In this document: positions 1 to 16,060 of the stretch, piece by piece
Numbering within the stretch: position 1 is the stretch's first letter
Layout of the letters: every line of letters begins with the position of its first letter
Assembly: GCF_024521635.1 (NCBI RefSeq)
Contig: NW_026250405.1
Location: forward strand, 620,001 to 684,000
Origin: Tricharina praecox
Lineage: Eukaryota
DNA length: 64,000 bases
Direction of reading: 5' to 3'
The notes under the pieces: model-generated
Database searches by the model: none
Seen by the model: only the letters and a program-made list of their open reading frames with translations
Told to the model about the DNA's origin: nothing
Position numbers and translations under genes: made by a program

Positions 1-49
1 GGGGGCGCACGGCTGGTGAGAGTGGGAGACGACGAAGCAGATAACTCAT
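1..49 (-). CDS. Possible 5' end of a gene running off the window, with an N-terminus resembling a mitochondrial presequence
   Basis: ATG at 49 on the minus strand reads MSYLLRRLPLSPAVRP (rich in R/L/S, no acidic residues). Only 16 codons are visible. Confidence 0.35.
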   Translation of the reverse strand, partial: MSYLLRRLPLSPAVRP

Positions 50-340
50 TGCGGCTGTCGCTGGGCGTTGCCTGGAGGTTGCAATGAGCGTGGAGCTATG
101 TTGAGCTTCAAGTAGAGTTGCAGTAGTGACGAAGCTGACACAGCACACACGGGAGTGGCTAGGGTTGTTATGCGAGGTCGATCCTGGCCGGCCGTGGACA
201 TACAATTCTTTACATACTCGAACAAACACATTCACGCTGCCATTCAAATTCAACAACGCCTATGAACGGCTGTTTCGGGACCATGAGAATTTCCTCAGCT
301 ATCATTCATGCTCGTTCTGAGATCTATTCTGCAAATACTC

Positions 341-432
341 GATAAGCCGGACTACCTATCAACATCTGTTCTTGGGTTCCATTCTACAAGTGATAAGCCG
401 GATTATCACCATCTGTTCTTGGGTTTGATAAG
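341..432. repeat. Imperfect direct repeat of about 36 bp carrying GATAAG motifs
   Basis: GATAAGCCGGACTACCTATCAACATCTGTTCTTGGGTT (341-378) and GATAAGCCGGATTATCACCATCTGTTCTTGGGTT (392-425), with a third GATAAG at 427-432. Confidence 0.8.
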
Positions 433-1221
433 ACGATTCCTTTTGCTCATACACTCGCAGACTGACATCGCCCGAACTTGAGCTCCCGCTGATGCTAACT
501 AATCATTAATGCTAACGGACTAACTCGTGGGGGTGCTAGTTAAGCACATGCGCAGTTCGACAGCGAGGTTTTGATTACCGTCGGCTCAACCTAGGACGAG
601 TAGGTAATCCAACATCTGTATTAGAATGGACATCGACTCCGGGCAGTGTTACTATATCATACTGAGCCTTCTGGGACTTGATTAGCCTCGTCTGATACGA
701 GATTCATGATGTACGTATTGCCTCAAGGTAGGTGCAATATCAGGCCTCATATAAACCTCGAATATAACGCGCGCATATGTAGGTACCTGAGGAAAGTACC
801 CAGCGGGGGCCTTACTTGGACTGTCAAGGTTCGAGAATTGCATGCATCGCAGAGTGGCCTATTCTAGCTAGGAGGGCAGAAATTGCATCTACAGGGATCG
901 AATCTTCTCGCTATGGATGAGAAATCCGAAGCCTGGATGGAGAATACGAAGTCTGGAGACACCAGGGCTTGCCACCGCCTTGAAGATGGCTTCCAGACTG
1001 GCGGATTCGATCGGGGTTACTGGCCGTTTATCCTAGATTGGAGCCCGCCACTGTTCACGTGCCCGTACAAGTTCGGAGTACCTCTGGGGGGATTGTGCCT
1101 TGCAGGGCCGCTTCCCCAGATAATGATTTCCCCGCATGGTGCAACAAACCCCAAAAGCTACGCGATGCCATCGGACCTGCAGTAATAAGACCCGAGTGTA
1201 GGGTAGGTGGTTAAGGAAAGC

Positions 1222-1236
1222 GCGGGGTATTTACCG
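1222..1236 (+). promoter_or_regulatory. CGG-N8-CCG element (ClrB/ManR-type) overlapping a CreA/Cre1 SYGGRG site upstream of cdh
   Basis: CGG GGTATTTA CCG at 1223-1236 and GCGGGG at 1222-1227. Motif match only, 1.4 kb upstream of the ATG. Confidence 0.3.
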
Positions 1237-2646
1237 CCTATCCGGGCTGCGCTTCGCTGGGTGTGTGTGTGGCTGGCTATCTCGCTTTCCCTCTCCGTCG
1301 GCGGCACCCGATCTGTGCAAGCCTTCCTGTTCCAGAGGCGTTCTCAAAGCTCTCCCGAAGCCACGGACGCTCAGTGTCTAGAGGCGCTCCTTATATACGC
1401 ACGGTGGCTGGAGTGAACGCCCATGAGAGTCCGGTGTGCGCATAGGTACTGTGTTTTGACTACGACTCCGCGAAACAGTCGTCCTCATCATCAATCTACT
1501 GGTTACTCAGTCATCTCTGTTAGGGGTGAATGAGCATGCAAGGTACCACCACGCACTGGCGCCCATCCCGGCACCGGCGAATGCAGCGACGTTGTTTAAC
1601 CGCCACCCGCCATACATATCGTTGGCGAGACGTGGGACCCATGACCAGGTCCAATTCATCCACAAACGCTAGGTAGTAGCAGTCGGAATCATAGAGTGAC
1701 CTTCCGGGTTCTAATATTCTAGGTCCCGGAGTGGCGGTGAGAACCCCCGAAACCGACGCTTTCAACCGGTACGGTCAATTTACAGGAGACTTGTCCTGGC
1801 AGATACTCTATTCGCTACCTCGGAATCGTCACCAGGAGCCGGTGTGCGGCGCCTCACCACGCCGCCCTTTACGTCGGCACGAAAGAGGCGTTTACAGTAG
1901 AGGCGAGGGAAGTACGCCGGTGAGTTCCAGATGGGTTCGTGCTCGATCGATACCCACTTCTCTGTGGAGTCTTACTGACGGAGCCTGACGATAGAGTCGG
2001 TTCCTTCCACCAGAGGCGTTGGAATAGCCATATACAACTGAGGCAGCAGGCTGTGCTTGAAAAGCATCATCACTATGCCTTTGTGCCACAACAAAATGAT
2101 AGCAGTGTTCGTGCTAAGGCCCAGCAGGGCCGTGGAATTTAACCTTCGGTCGTCCTGGCCGACGTCGATGGCAGCAACTGTCGGATCGTACCGTCCGGAC
2201 AACCCGTACTCCAATCGGGAGCCTTCCAGATGTCCGCCAAATCAACCTCACTTGAGCTGCTAGCCCACTATTCCGCGCCATGACGGTGCATGGCAGGGGC
2301 AGTTGCAGCCTGCGTTTTGTCTGATGGTCAGGTACTCTAATTTCGAATTTGGCATCAACATCGTGGGGCCCATGCTTACCCGAACTCCAATATATCAATC
2401 CCCCACCGTGAACTCCAGATAATATAAGGTCCTCAGATCTCGCACTCTTTTTTTTCAAAATTCATCCACAAAGCCTCCCACCAGGCCAGGACCCACATTC
2501 TCTTCTTCCAGCACATCGCCAGATCGTGCTTCATTCCTTTCATTCCCCACGTTGGAACCAACTGTCCTTCATTTTTTTTGTGTTGCTTCCCAATTTTTTA
2601 ACCTGACGGCAAACTCGACTCTGGAAAGCTCGAAAATCCTCACATC

Positions 2647-5436
<2,790 letters not shown>

Positions 5437-6954
5437 GGGAGAGGGGGGGAGGGGTGTGTGTGTGTGCATTGCGTTTTTGCTTGACTTTTGGTTCGGTGGT
5501 TTCTTTTTGTAGATATCTTCATTGTTTGGGGCTTTTGTAACAGTATCGTTTATTCATCTATGCATACCTATCGTGCATTGTCTGAATGAGCTGTGATTGT
5601 GATGATCAGTTCTTGAACACCGAATGCCCATGCCCTCTACTCCATGATGATGCGACCTTTTTCCAAGTTCCAACGCTCTGGCTGCTAGGGGTTTCTCCCA
5701 AGTGTTTTGACTTTAACGCCACCAAGGACTCAGGAAACCTACGAGGAAGTTTATCTTTTTCTCCAAACCAGAGGCTTCCGAGTGATCGGTGATGTTCACT
5801 AGGCGCCATTCGTACCTAGTCTTCCTCCGTACCGCTACCTCGATGCTCTCGTACCCATCGCTACAGAGCAATCTTTTCCCCTACTGCGGCGTAGAAATCG
5901 CTAACGTTCTACATCTTCAATCAGCACTCCATCTCCGTTGTTCGTGTGTATGTAATCGTTTGTATAGTAAAGTGTTGCTTCCAAGTTCCCGCCAGAGTCC
6001 GAGTCCGCGGCCGCCCACGAGTCCTTCCAACCTAGCTGGCACCAGCAAATCGGACACAATCGGATGAATTCGGCGTATGTACAGTATGGGCCTCGGATAG
6101 GTAGACGGATGGATCATCGCCCAAGTTGTTGACCGCCTACTTGGGTACTCAGCGTGCTCGAATCATGGAATATCACCCACGCTCCACCACCACGGCCGAT
6201 AGATCATAGCATGAAAATGTGGAGCCGAATATCGATACCGAGACCGTGGCTGCGCAACTATGCCTCCGGTACCGGACTCCCACATCCCCGCCGCCCACTC
6301 CCTCCCTCCCGCCCCACTCGCACTCGCGGCCTCCACCGCTCCAAAGCGAAACCCATCACGCAAAGACGAACTTCCAAAAAGCAACCCCCCCGCCCTCGAA
6401 AAAGCAAACCCAAACCCAAGCCCAACCCCAAAAAAAGAAAAATGCCCCGATCCCGATTCCCGATCACCCGCAGCAGGATGGGACGAAATAAAGTGATGCC
6501 CATCCCCCCATCCCCCCGCCCCACCGCCGTCGTCGTTTGCGTAACTGAAATTGTGGAACTGCCCGGCGATCTGTTACGTTAAAGTATGGCTACTCCGGTC
6601 TAGAAGGTGGACTGCTTGCGGCGGCGACGGCGGTCGGCGGGGGAAGGAGAAGGGGAGGGGAGGATGAGGGGAGGAGGAGGGGAAGGGGGCGAGGAGGACA
6701 GGACAGGGCGGGGTTACCTAGGTCCGTAGTGGGCGGGGAGTGGGAACTTGGAAGCCGATTCCCAATCCGACTGTGCAAGCCGGACAGCTTACGACTCCAA
6801 GTCTTATGTAAATCCCCAAGACCGCCCCTTTAGGCCCGCATCCGCGCCTCAAGGAGCTCATAATACGTCGTTCGGAAGCACTCGTACTGTCGTACATACC
6901 TCCTCTATATCATAGTTATGGAACTCGCCGCATTCGTCGCCGCTACCACGCTTG

Positions 6955-6991
6955 CGGCTCTCCCGGCTCCGATCTCGGGCCGGGAGAGCCG
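6955..6991. other. Strong GC-rich inverted repeat (hairpin)
   Basis: CGGCTCTCCCGGC pairs perfectly with GCCGGGAGAGCCG (13 bp), plus an inner CCG/CGG stem. Confidence 0.8.
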
Positions 6992-7756
6992 GAATCGTGC
7001 TATTTTTATTGTTCGGCTTGAATGTTTCATATTCGGCTTGGCCACGCCGGCATTCCCGGGTCCCCGGCGTTCGGCATTCGGGTGGCGCACTGGAGCTGGA
7101 TACGATACTTCTCCGACTTCACCTCCACTACACTCCACCGGGAACGGTGGAAACATGTACGCGTCTACCTACTAGGTATCTGACAACTCTCGCAACCAGA
7201 ACCCAGGTTCCATGAATCCAACCACCAGCCGCCAGCGCTTAAAAGTGGAGCACTGTGCACAGCATCCAACGGTCCAAGATCCAGTTTCTATGCATAGGAC
7301 CAGGCCCGCGACGCTGGTAGGTGGGTCGTTTCAGGCTGGCTCGTTCTTCCCAACTTGTCCGTGGAGCGTCGCCGCTGGGCAAATAGTTAACGGTAAGGAG
7401 AACATGGAGAAGTATCAGCCTCTCCCTCAGCCTCCCCCTCAGCCGACGCCGACCCCGTTTTCGACCCGTTTCAGCCACTATACATACCAACATACCAACA
7501 AAGTCTTTGGGTACCAGCTTCGGCGGCAATCAATCGGCCGATCCATCTACCGGTATCCATCCATCCATCAATCCATCAGGGCAAGCTTCTAGGGCCAGAG
7601 TGAGACTCACATCCTCCCCACCATCCGCACGGCACCGCACCCAGCGCCGCACCCAGCGCCGATCGGTCCCAAGGCGATTGCGAATATAGAACATCTACCA
7701 TATATCATTGATACGATATCAATCCCGAGCTGCAACTAACTACTCTACTCCACCCG

Positions 7757-7822
7757 TCCGCCATCCATTCACCATTCGCCATCCGCCTCCTTCGCCATCC
7801 GCTTCCTTCGCCATCCGCCATA
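7757..7822. repeat. Short tandem repeat of TTCGCCATCCGC-like units
   Basis: Three to four imperfect copies with a period of about 15 bp. Confidence 0.7.
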
Positions 7823-8029
7823 CCTTCCTCATCTCCCATAGCCCACCACAGAATCACATTTAACCATGGCCGTACAACATATCAATCAACCATGTCATTG
7901 ATTTCGTATAGCGTATAGCGTATCGTATCGTAGTATAGGTAGTTGGCACGGTAGTCGCGGGGGGAGTAGGAGTGGGAGGGGGAGGGTAGTTAGGTAGGTA
8001 GCATCGTCATCATCACAACACAGACCACG

Positions 8030-8325
8030 TCCACCACACACGTCCACCACCACACACACGCACACATACACACACACACACACAACACACACACAGTGCA
8101 CACCACACATACACATGCACATACGATGACCACAAAAACAGAACCGAACGAGAACGAAGAAAAAAAAAAGCGGAAAAAAGGAAAGAAAAAAGGGCGGACA
8201 CACGAAACAAAAAAAACAAAAAAAAGCAGAGGGAAGCACATAGAACGAAGCACCGCCGATAGTGAGATAGAGAGAGAGCGAGAGAGAAGCATAAAGAATA
8301 GAGAGAAAAGCAACACAACACGCAC
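8030..8325. repeat. (CA)n, A-rich and (GA)n simple repeats in the PP1 3' region
   Basis: Read directly from the sequence. Confidence 0.85.
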
Positions 8326-8705
8326 AAGGGTCTGAAGACGAAAAATATGCCCATCCCCTTGCCTATAGTCAATGATATCCCTTTTCCAAACTCCTTCCTG
8401 TTCTCAAAGAAGGACACGAAACATCCCCATCCAACACCGTCCTCCCCCACTCCATCCAATGCTGCGGGTTTCCGTACGAGTTCCAACATGATGAACAATC
8501 TTTTGCTTTTCCCTTGTAAAAGACGTTAAGAAGTAAGAAAAAGAAACCCCATTAATACCCTCTAACCACCACCACAACGTACAAGCCGCTCGACCGTAAA
8601 CCGAAAACAACCATCTGCGAAAGAACATGGTGATGAAATACAATTCACCGATTGTACCCCACCTAAACCTGTAATCGTGGTGATAGAGATATCCGTGCGT
8701 CCCGT

Positions 8706-9916
<1,211 letters not shown>

Positions 9917-12900
9917 GGCAGTCGGCGTTGTCTCGAAGGAAGGGGTAAAAAGCGGGAAAGAGTGGGGGGAGGAGGGGGGAGGATGGGACGAAGGAAAGGA
10001 AGATCGGTGGAGGTTGGAGAGTAGTGTTGTTGCAGGAACGAGTAGATCTGGTCCGTCACGCGTAATCAGTTTGAGTTCAGGCCGCCTCCTCATCCACTAA
10101 AAAAAGTCGATCCAAGAATTTGCTAGCCTCTTGACCAGGAACAGCAACGGGCGTCGCATTATCTCAAGTTGACGCTTGTACATTTTCGAATGTAATGAGT
10201 ATGGCCGATTGGCGGGGAGAGGAAGTCGACGACCAACAACAAAAAAAATCGAAAAAAATAAAATATCGATGAAAACAGGAGAGGGGTAGAAGTACCAGGT
10301 GATGAAAGATGCTCTTTGTTGATTAAAGTACGTTATCTGTTCACCAGATTGCGATGAAGGGCGGCGTGGATTTGCCCCTTGGAGGTAGTGGTGATGGGGT
10401 GCTTGTGAAGGCGACAGCAACGAACGAGATATGCGACCTCGGTTTGTTTTGCTCTATGCGCTCTGGCTCGCGATCCTGGAAAGTGCTGTGTGTTTTTGGT
10501 ATGTATCGGTTTGATGCGGGAGCCGATCAAATCGAGGTCTGTTGCAGTGACTTCTTGTTGCGGTTGCTTCGTTGCAGTGCAAGGACGGGGGGAGGGGGTA
10601 TCGGTTCGCTCGTAAGGCGATGCAGCAGTAGCTTTACGCTCAGCAGCTGGCGACAGATAACAGTCTCAACGAGTCCGAAGTGTGGTTGACGAAGACTGAG
10701 AACACTAGTGAGTAACTAGAAGTTTGGGAAAGTCGTGAGCAACGGATTCCGAGCCGACGATGATCGACAGCAGACGAATCGAGGGGGAAAGCAGCGCGGG
10801 GTGAATGGAATAAAACGAGCAGTCGAGAAAACACGGGGTAAAGGGTAAGGTAGTAACAACCGTAGCGGGTCGTAAGTGGTAGTAGTGGTGGCAGTAGTGG
10901 TGGCAGTTTTGGGAGAGGGTGATTGGATAGAAAGAGGGGGCAGAGGTCGATGATGAGTGGGAGGAGGAGGAGGGGAGAGGCGAGGAGGAGGAGGATGAGG
11001 ACGAGGGAGGGGGGTCGGAGTTTGGGGGTTGGGGGGGATGAGTGTTGAACACCAACAATAACAACGGGGGTAGAGTAAAAGGGCGAAATAGCAACAGCAA
11101 CAACAACGAGGATGGAGTGAGAGGTATGATCGAGGAGGAGGGCAAGCACCAGAGTGACAAGACGCAGCTGTTGGCAGCAGGCGTGTGTGGGTTATGTGTG
11201 GTGTGCGCAAGCCAGGACAAGACAGCCAGAACAAGGCGGCGCTTCACACAGCGAAACGAAACTCGACCGAGCAGGAAACAGAGCGGCCTATTTCTTAGGT
11301 ATGCTGCTCCTGCGGGGCGCTCTGGCTTGGTAATGGGAAAAACAAAGGTGGGAAGAGTGAGAAGCAAGCGAAAGAGAGGGAGAAATAGCTACTTTTTGAT
11401 CGCGAGATTCTTTCTTTGCCCAGTTTGCAAAGGGAGAGAGACCGAGAAGAGCGTGAAGGTTGTGGTGGGCGTTGCGGACTGGACGGACGGATGTGAATGA
11501 TGCGGGTTGTTTTGTTTCGAGATGAAAGTTGGCAAGGCGGAGAAGCAGAGGCAGCAGCGGTCAGCAGGCACGGAGGCAGAAGTAGCAAGCGATGAAGCTG
11601 GGTTGAGTAGTAGTAGTTGAAGTTGTTTTGGTGGTGACAGCGACGGCGACGACGGCGATGGGGCGAAGAGGGTTGTTGGGTTCTGTGGAAGTGAAAGTGG
11701 AAGTGGTAGGCAGTAGACGGATGGTGGTGGTGGTTGTAGTTGGTTTGCAGTAGTGGTTAGCGGTGGTGTAAAGTAGTAGTAGTGGTGGTAGCGGTGGTAG
11801 TGGTGGCAGTGGTGGTGGTAGTGGTGGTTGAAGATTGCGACGGTCGGGATTAGGGAGGCTTAGGTGGTGGTGGAGTAGGAGAGGGTTTACAGGGAGTTGT
11901 TTTGTTTGGGGGCCTGGGCAAGTGTGAGGCCGCAGAGGAGAAAGAGGTAAGGCGGATAATGCTGGTGGTGGTGGTCGTTCGTGGTGGTGGTGGTGGTGGT
12001 GATGATGCTGAGAACACAGAGTCCCGACTTCAAAGAAGGGCAAAGGGACAGCAAATGGGACGATTAATTCCCGGAGATGGCAAGTGAGAGACAGAGAGAC
12101 ACTGGAAACGGATGATTCGCGAGTCTTCACGAATAGTTGAAGGCTTCAATATCGTTCACCCATCCGATCACTCACCGGTCACTCATTCAATCGATCGTTC
12201 ACGATCTGCTGCGCGCAGCCAATGGTGTCCTCTTTCAATCAGCCAAACCGTTCATCGGAAGCATCTTCGCACACATCTTGCTCTCGTCGTCTTCCTCTCG
12301 ACTTCCTCTCGTCTTCTTCCTCTGCTTCTGCCTCATCCATTCGTCTTCTCCACATTCACCACTGTCCAGCTCCTGCTGCTTACCCCCGGTATGCCGGTAC
12401 TTTGAACTGCTTCAGCCCCACGTACCGTAACTCTGGCGTTTGTCTCCCCGTCCCCCGTCCCCCTTCCCCCGTCCGTATCTACTCTATCTCGATACTTTAT
12501 CATATCTATCTCCCTCCCTCCCTCCTCCTTTTCCTTTCCTTTATCCTGCCTCCCTCCCGCCCACCCCCCACCACCACCTCCTCCACCACCACCACCACCA
12601 CCCACAGATCTACAGGCTATCCGTACACACCTTTATGCACGACAGCTTCGAGTCTAGAGTCCGTTCACAAGCACTCTATTCCAACCCCAATCCCAGCACG
12701 CAAATATCGCGCCTTTGCCTTCCCTTCCTGTTCTCTCCTCCTCCTGCTGCTGCTGCTGCTCCCCATGGCTTCACTGCACCCCTCACCCTCCGCCTCTTCC
12801 CCCCCGCAACATCAGCGGCGACTGACTGACTCGAACCCACCCGCAGAATTGCTCACACATGTCACAGACAGCAGTAAGCCAAAAGTTCCTGTTGGGACAC

Positions 12901-13157
12901 TAAAGGGGGGGTGCATCCTCCCTTCGGTTGCCGCCTTGGACACGCCGGCTCAGCTCAGCTCAGTGTGTAGCCAGGATCGTTCCGGGTGCGTTTTTGCGCT
13001 TTCCTGATGTTCGCCGCACCAACAGCTTCGAGGTTAACCATGCGTAACCGTAAACGCCTACCTATGACAAAAAACAAATACATACATACTACCTACCGTA
13101 CTCTACTCCCCACTGCCCCGTTTCCGCATCCATCCGATTTCCAGAAGACAGACAACC

Positions 13158-13451
13158 ATGGCCCGCGCGAGGGAGCGCGCCGTTGCAATTGCGCAAGCAA
13201 GCAACCAAGTGCCAGTGTATGTATCGCATCGTACATGTACCTAACTTAACCTGCATATCCAGCCCCACAACACGCGGAATCAGCGAATGGATATTGACTT
13301 CATCACCACCGTAAGCCTTCCCCGTGCACGCCGTAGAGTACCGTACATAGCCAAATTTGACGCCTGATCACCAGACCGTAGTTACTATAGTGACTGGTGA
13401 TCCTCAATATCTCTCCGCAGCCTTTCGCCCGCCCATCCGCCCCACCGTTGA
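13158..13451 (+). other. Candidate spliced 45-codon small ORF within a multi-intron transcript divergent from PP1
   Basis: CAACCATGG start context; intron 13217-13262 (GTATGT..CTAAC..CAG) and intron 13311-13420 (GTAAGC..CAG). No recognisable homology. Confidence 0.3.
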
Positions 13452-13826
13452 AAACGGCCTATGTATCATGAGACCTCACTCGTCCGCCCCACCCACCACC
13501 CACTCGCCCCACTAAAAGCCGCACGCAGAAGTCGCATGCGAACGCCGAAGGCGAACAGTAACACGCTCGGTTCTAAAAATATGCCAGGGTGGCCTACCCA
13601 CTCACGAGTCACGACTCACGACCAGCCGGCTGGCACCCGGCTTTGACTCTCGTCTCGCAAGTCGCCTGGCCAATGCTCCAACCGAAACGTAACCCCGCAT
13701 GTCACGTGGAGATAACTATCACTGACTAACTAGGTCGGTCTGTATCATATAAACAACTCTATTGCGAACCCGCCCGGTTAAGCTATGTAGATTGATTGAC
13801 TACTCATGGATGTCCGTTTCGTGAAG

Positions 13827-14130
13827 CAGCATCAGCATCAGCATCAGCATCAGTATCAGCTGGGGGATGGAATTCACCAGCGAGCCGGAGAGCGAGAAGA
13901 TGCGAGGATAACCGGTTACCACCGGTCCGCCGCTGATGTGATGTGATGTGATGGGATCGACGGGGCAGTCGTATGTAACATGTAACATGTAACTGTATGT
14001 GTGCGGCCCTATGTATGTGTACTGTACATACGGCACATGATGTCCGGCCGGCAGCTGGGTAGCGACGGTTACTTCATACCGGTAACCTGTTACGGCTCAC
14101 GAACGATCGAACGAATGAACGAACGAACGG
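13827..14130. repeat. Microsatellite cluster: (AGCATC)n, (GATGT)n, (ACGA)n
   Basis: Read directly, upstream of the GABA transaminase gene. Confidence 0.8.
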
Positions 14131-14306
14131 ATTAACGGAGTCAGCATTAATTGCTGGCACCAACACAACATCACTGTACAATACGGTTCTCCCTCCCCTT
14201 CTATCCCTCCCTCCCTCAATCCATTCACCAATCCCTCTCCCTCGCCTCCCTCTCCCTCGCCTCCCTCTCCCTTCCCACAGCAGCAGCAGCAGCAGCAGCA
14301 GCAAGA

Positions 14307-16060
14307 ATGCAATCCCTCCTCCGCAGTACGCGCATGTTAGGCGGCGCACGGCTCCAAGCGCGAGCCGTCGCCGCAGCCACGGCCACGACGCGAAGCTACA
14401 GCTCCGCCGTCGACAGCTACTTCCAGAACGAGCCTTCGGGGCCATCCGTAAAGAGTGCGATCCCGGGCCCCGCGGCACAGACGGCAATTGCGGAGCTGAA
14501 CGAGATATTTGATACACGCAGCATCAACATGATGTGTGACTATGAGAAGAGCGTGGGGAATTATGTTGCGGATTTGGACGGGAATGTAGGTACTCTATTT
14601 CTGGCTGTGCTATGCAATGCTATGCGATTACTTCTACATACACAAAAGAATGATGCTTATCATTGATATAGATGTTATTGGATGTGTGAGTACCACCAGC
14701 ACCAGCACCACCACAGCTCAGTCAATATATTTCAAGACCGAAAGAACGAAACTGATCTCCCCCTATATAGCTACGCCCAAATCGCCTCCATTCCGATAGG
14801 TTATAACAACGCGGCTTTGCGATCCGCCGCCAGCTCTCCCGAGATGGTCAACTCCCTGATCAACCGGCCGGCATTGGGCAATTTCCCACCGGGGGATTAC
14901 GCGCACCTTCTCAAAACGGGGATCCTGTCCGTCGCTCCTCCGGGGCTGAACCAAGTCTTTACCGCGCTGTCCGGCTCAGACGCCAACGAGACGGCGTACA
15001 AAGCGGCGTGCATGTACTACCGACGGCGGGAGCGGGGGGAAGGGGCGGAGTTTACCGCCGAGGAGATGTCTAGCAGCATGAACAACGCAGCGCCGGGCAG
15101 CCCCGACCTGGCGATCCTGAGCTTCAAGAAAGCGTTCCACGGGCGGCTGTTTGCGACACTCAGCACAACCCGCAGCAAGCCGATCCACAAGCTGGACATC
15201 CCCGCGTTCCCATGGCCGCAGGCCGATTTCCCAGCGCTGAAATACCCGCTCGCCGCCTTCACGGCCGAGAACGCGGCGGAGGAAGCGCGCTGCCTCGCGC
15301 ACGTCGAGGAGATCCTGACGGGGTGGAAGGCCCCCGTTGTTGCCGTGGTGATCGAGCCCGTGCAGAGCGAGGGCGGCGATAACCACGCGTCGCCAGCGTT
15401 CTTCCGGGGGCTGCGCGCGGTCACACAGAAGCACAACGTGCTCCTCATCGTCGACGAGGTGCAGACAGGCGTGGGCGCCACGGGCAGGTTTTGGGCGCAC
15501 GAGCATTGGGACCTCCCGACACCGCCGGATCTCGTCACGTTCTCGAAGAAGGCGCAGACCGCGGGTTACTACTTCGGAAACCCCGCGCTAAGACCGAATA
15601 AGGCGTACAGACAGTTCAATACTTGGATGGGTGATCCGGCCAGGGCGATAATCTTCCGCGCTATCATACAGGAGATCAAGCGCCTCGATCTGGTCAAGCA
15701 TACCGCGGCCACGGGGGAGTTCCTGTATGCCGGCCTGGCTACGCTGGCGGAGAAGTATCCGGACGAAATCCGCAATCTGAGGGGCCAGGGCCAGGGAACG
15801 TTCATTGCGTGGGACTCCCCGCGGCGAGATGAGTTCCTGAAGGTCATGAAGACGCACGGTGTCAATGTCGGCGGGTCCGGCGAGTCGGCGGTCAGGTTGA
15901 GGCCCATGCTGGTGTTTGCGGAGAAGCATGGTGAGTTCCCCCCCTTCCCTCCCATCTCAAGTATGAAGTATGAAGTTTGGTATGCAAACGGCGATGCTGA
16001 TTGTCCGTTCGTGTAGCGGAGATCCTGCTGGAGAAGATCGAGGCTGGGATCAAGAAATGA
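14307..16060 (+). CDS. UGA1: 4-aminobutyrate (GABA) aminotransferase with mitochondrial presequence
   Basis: Exons 14307-14585, 14672-14685 (14-nt micro-exon), 14771-15930, 16017-16060. Motifs LDVYAQIASIPIGYN, SGSDANE, AFHGR, IEPVQSEGGD, DEVQTG, TFSKK (PLP lysine), FNTWMGDP. Confidence 0.96.

Noticed and set aside
341..432. Repeat-spacer-repeat layout as a CRISPR array
   Set aside because: Only two imperfect units with a 13-nt gap, eukaryotic context and no cas genes.
10640..13007. Several 150-260 aa ORFs in the PP1 upstream region
   Set aside because: Low-complexity translations of simple repeats, mostly with non-ATG starts and no domain features.
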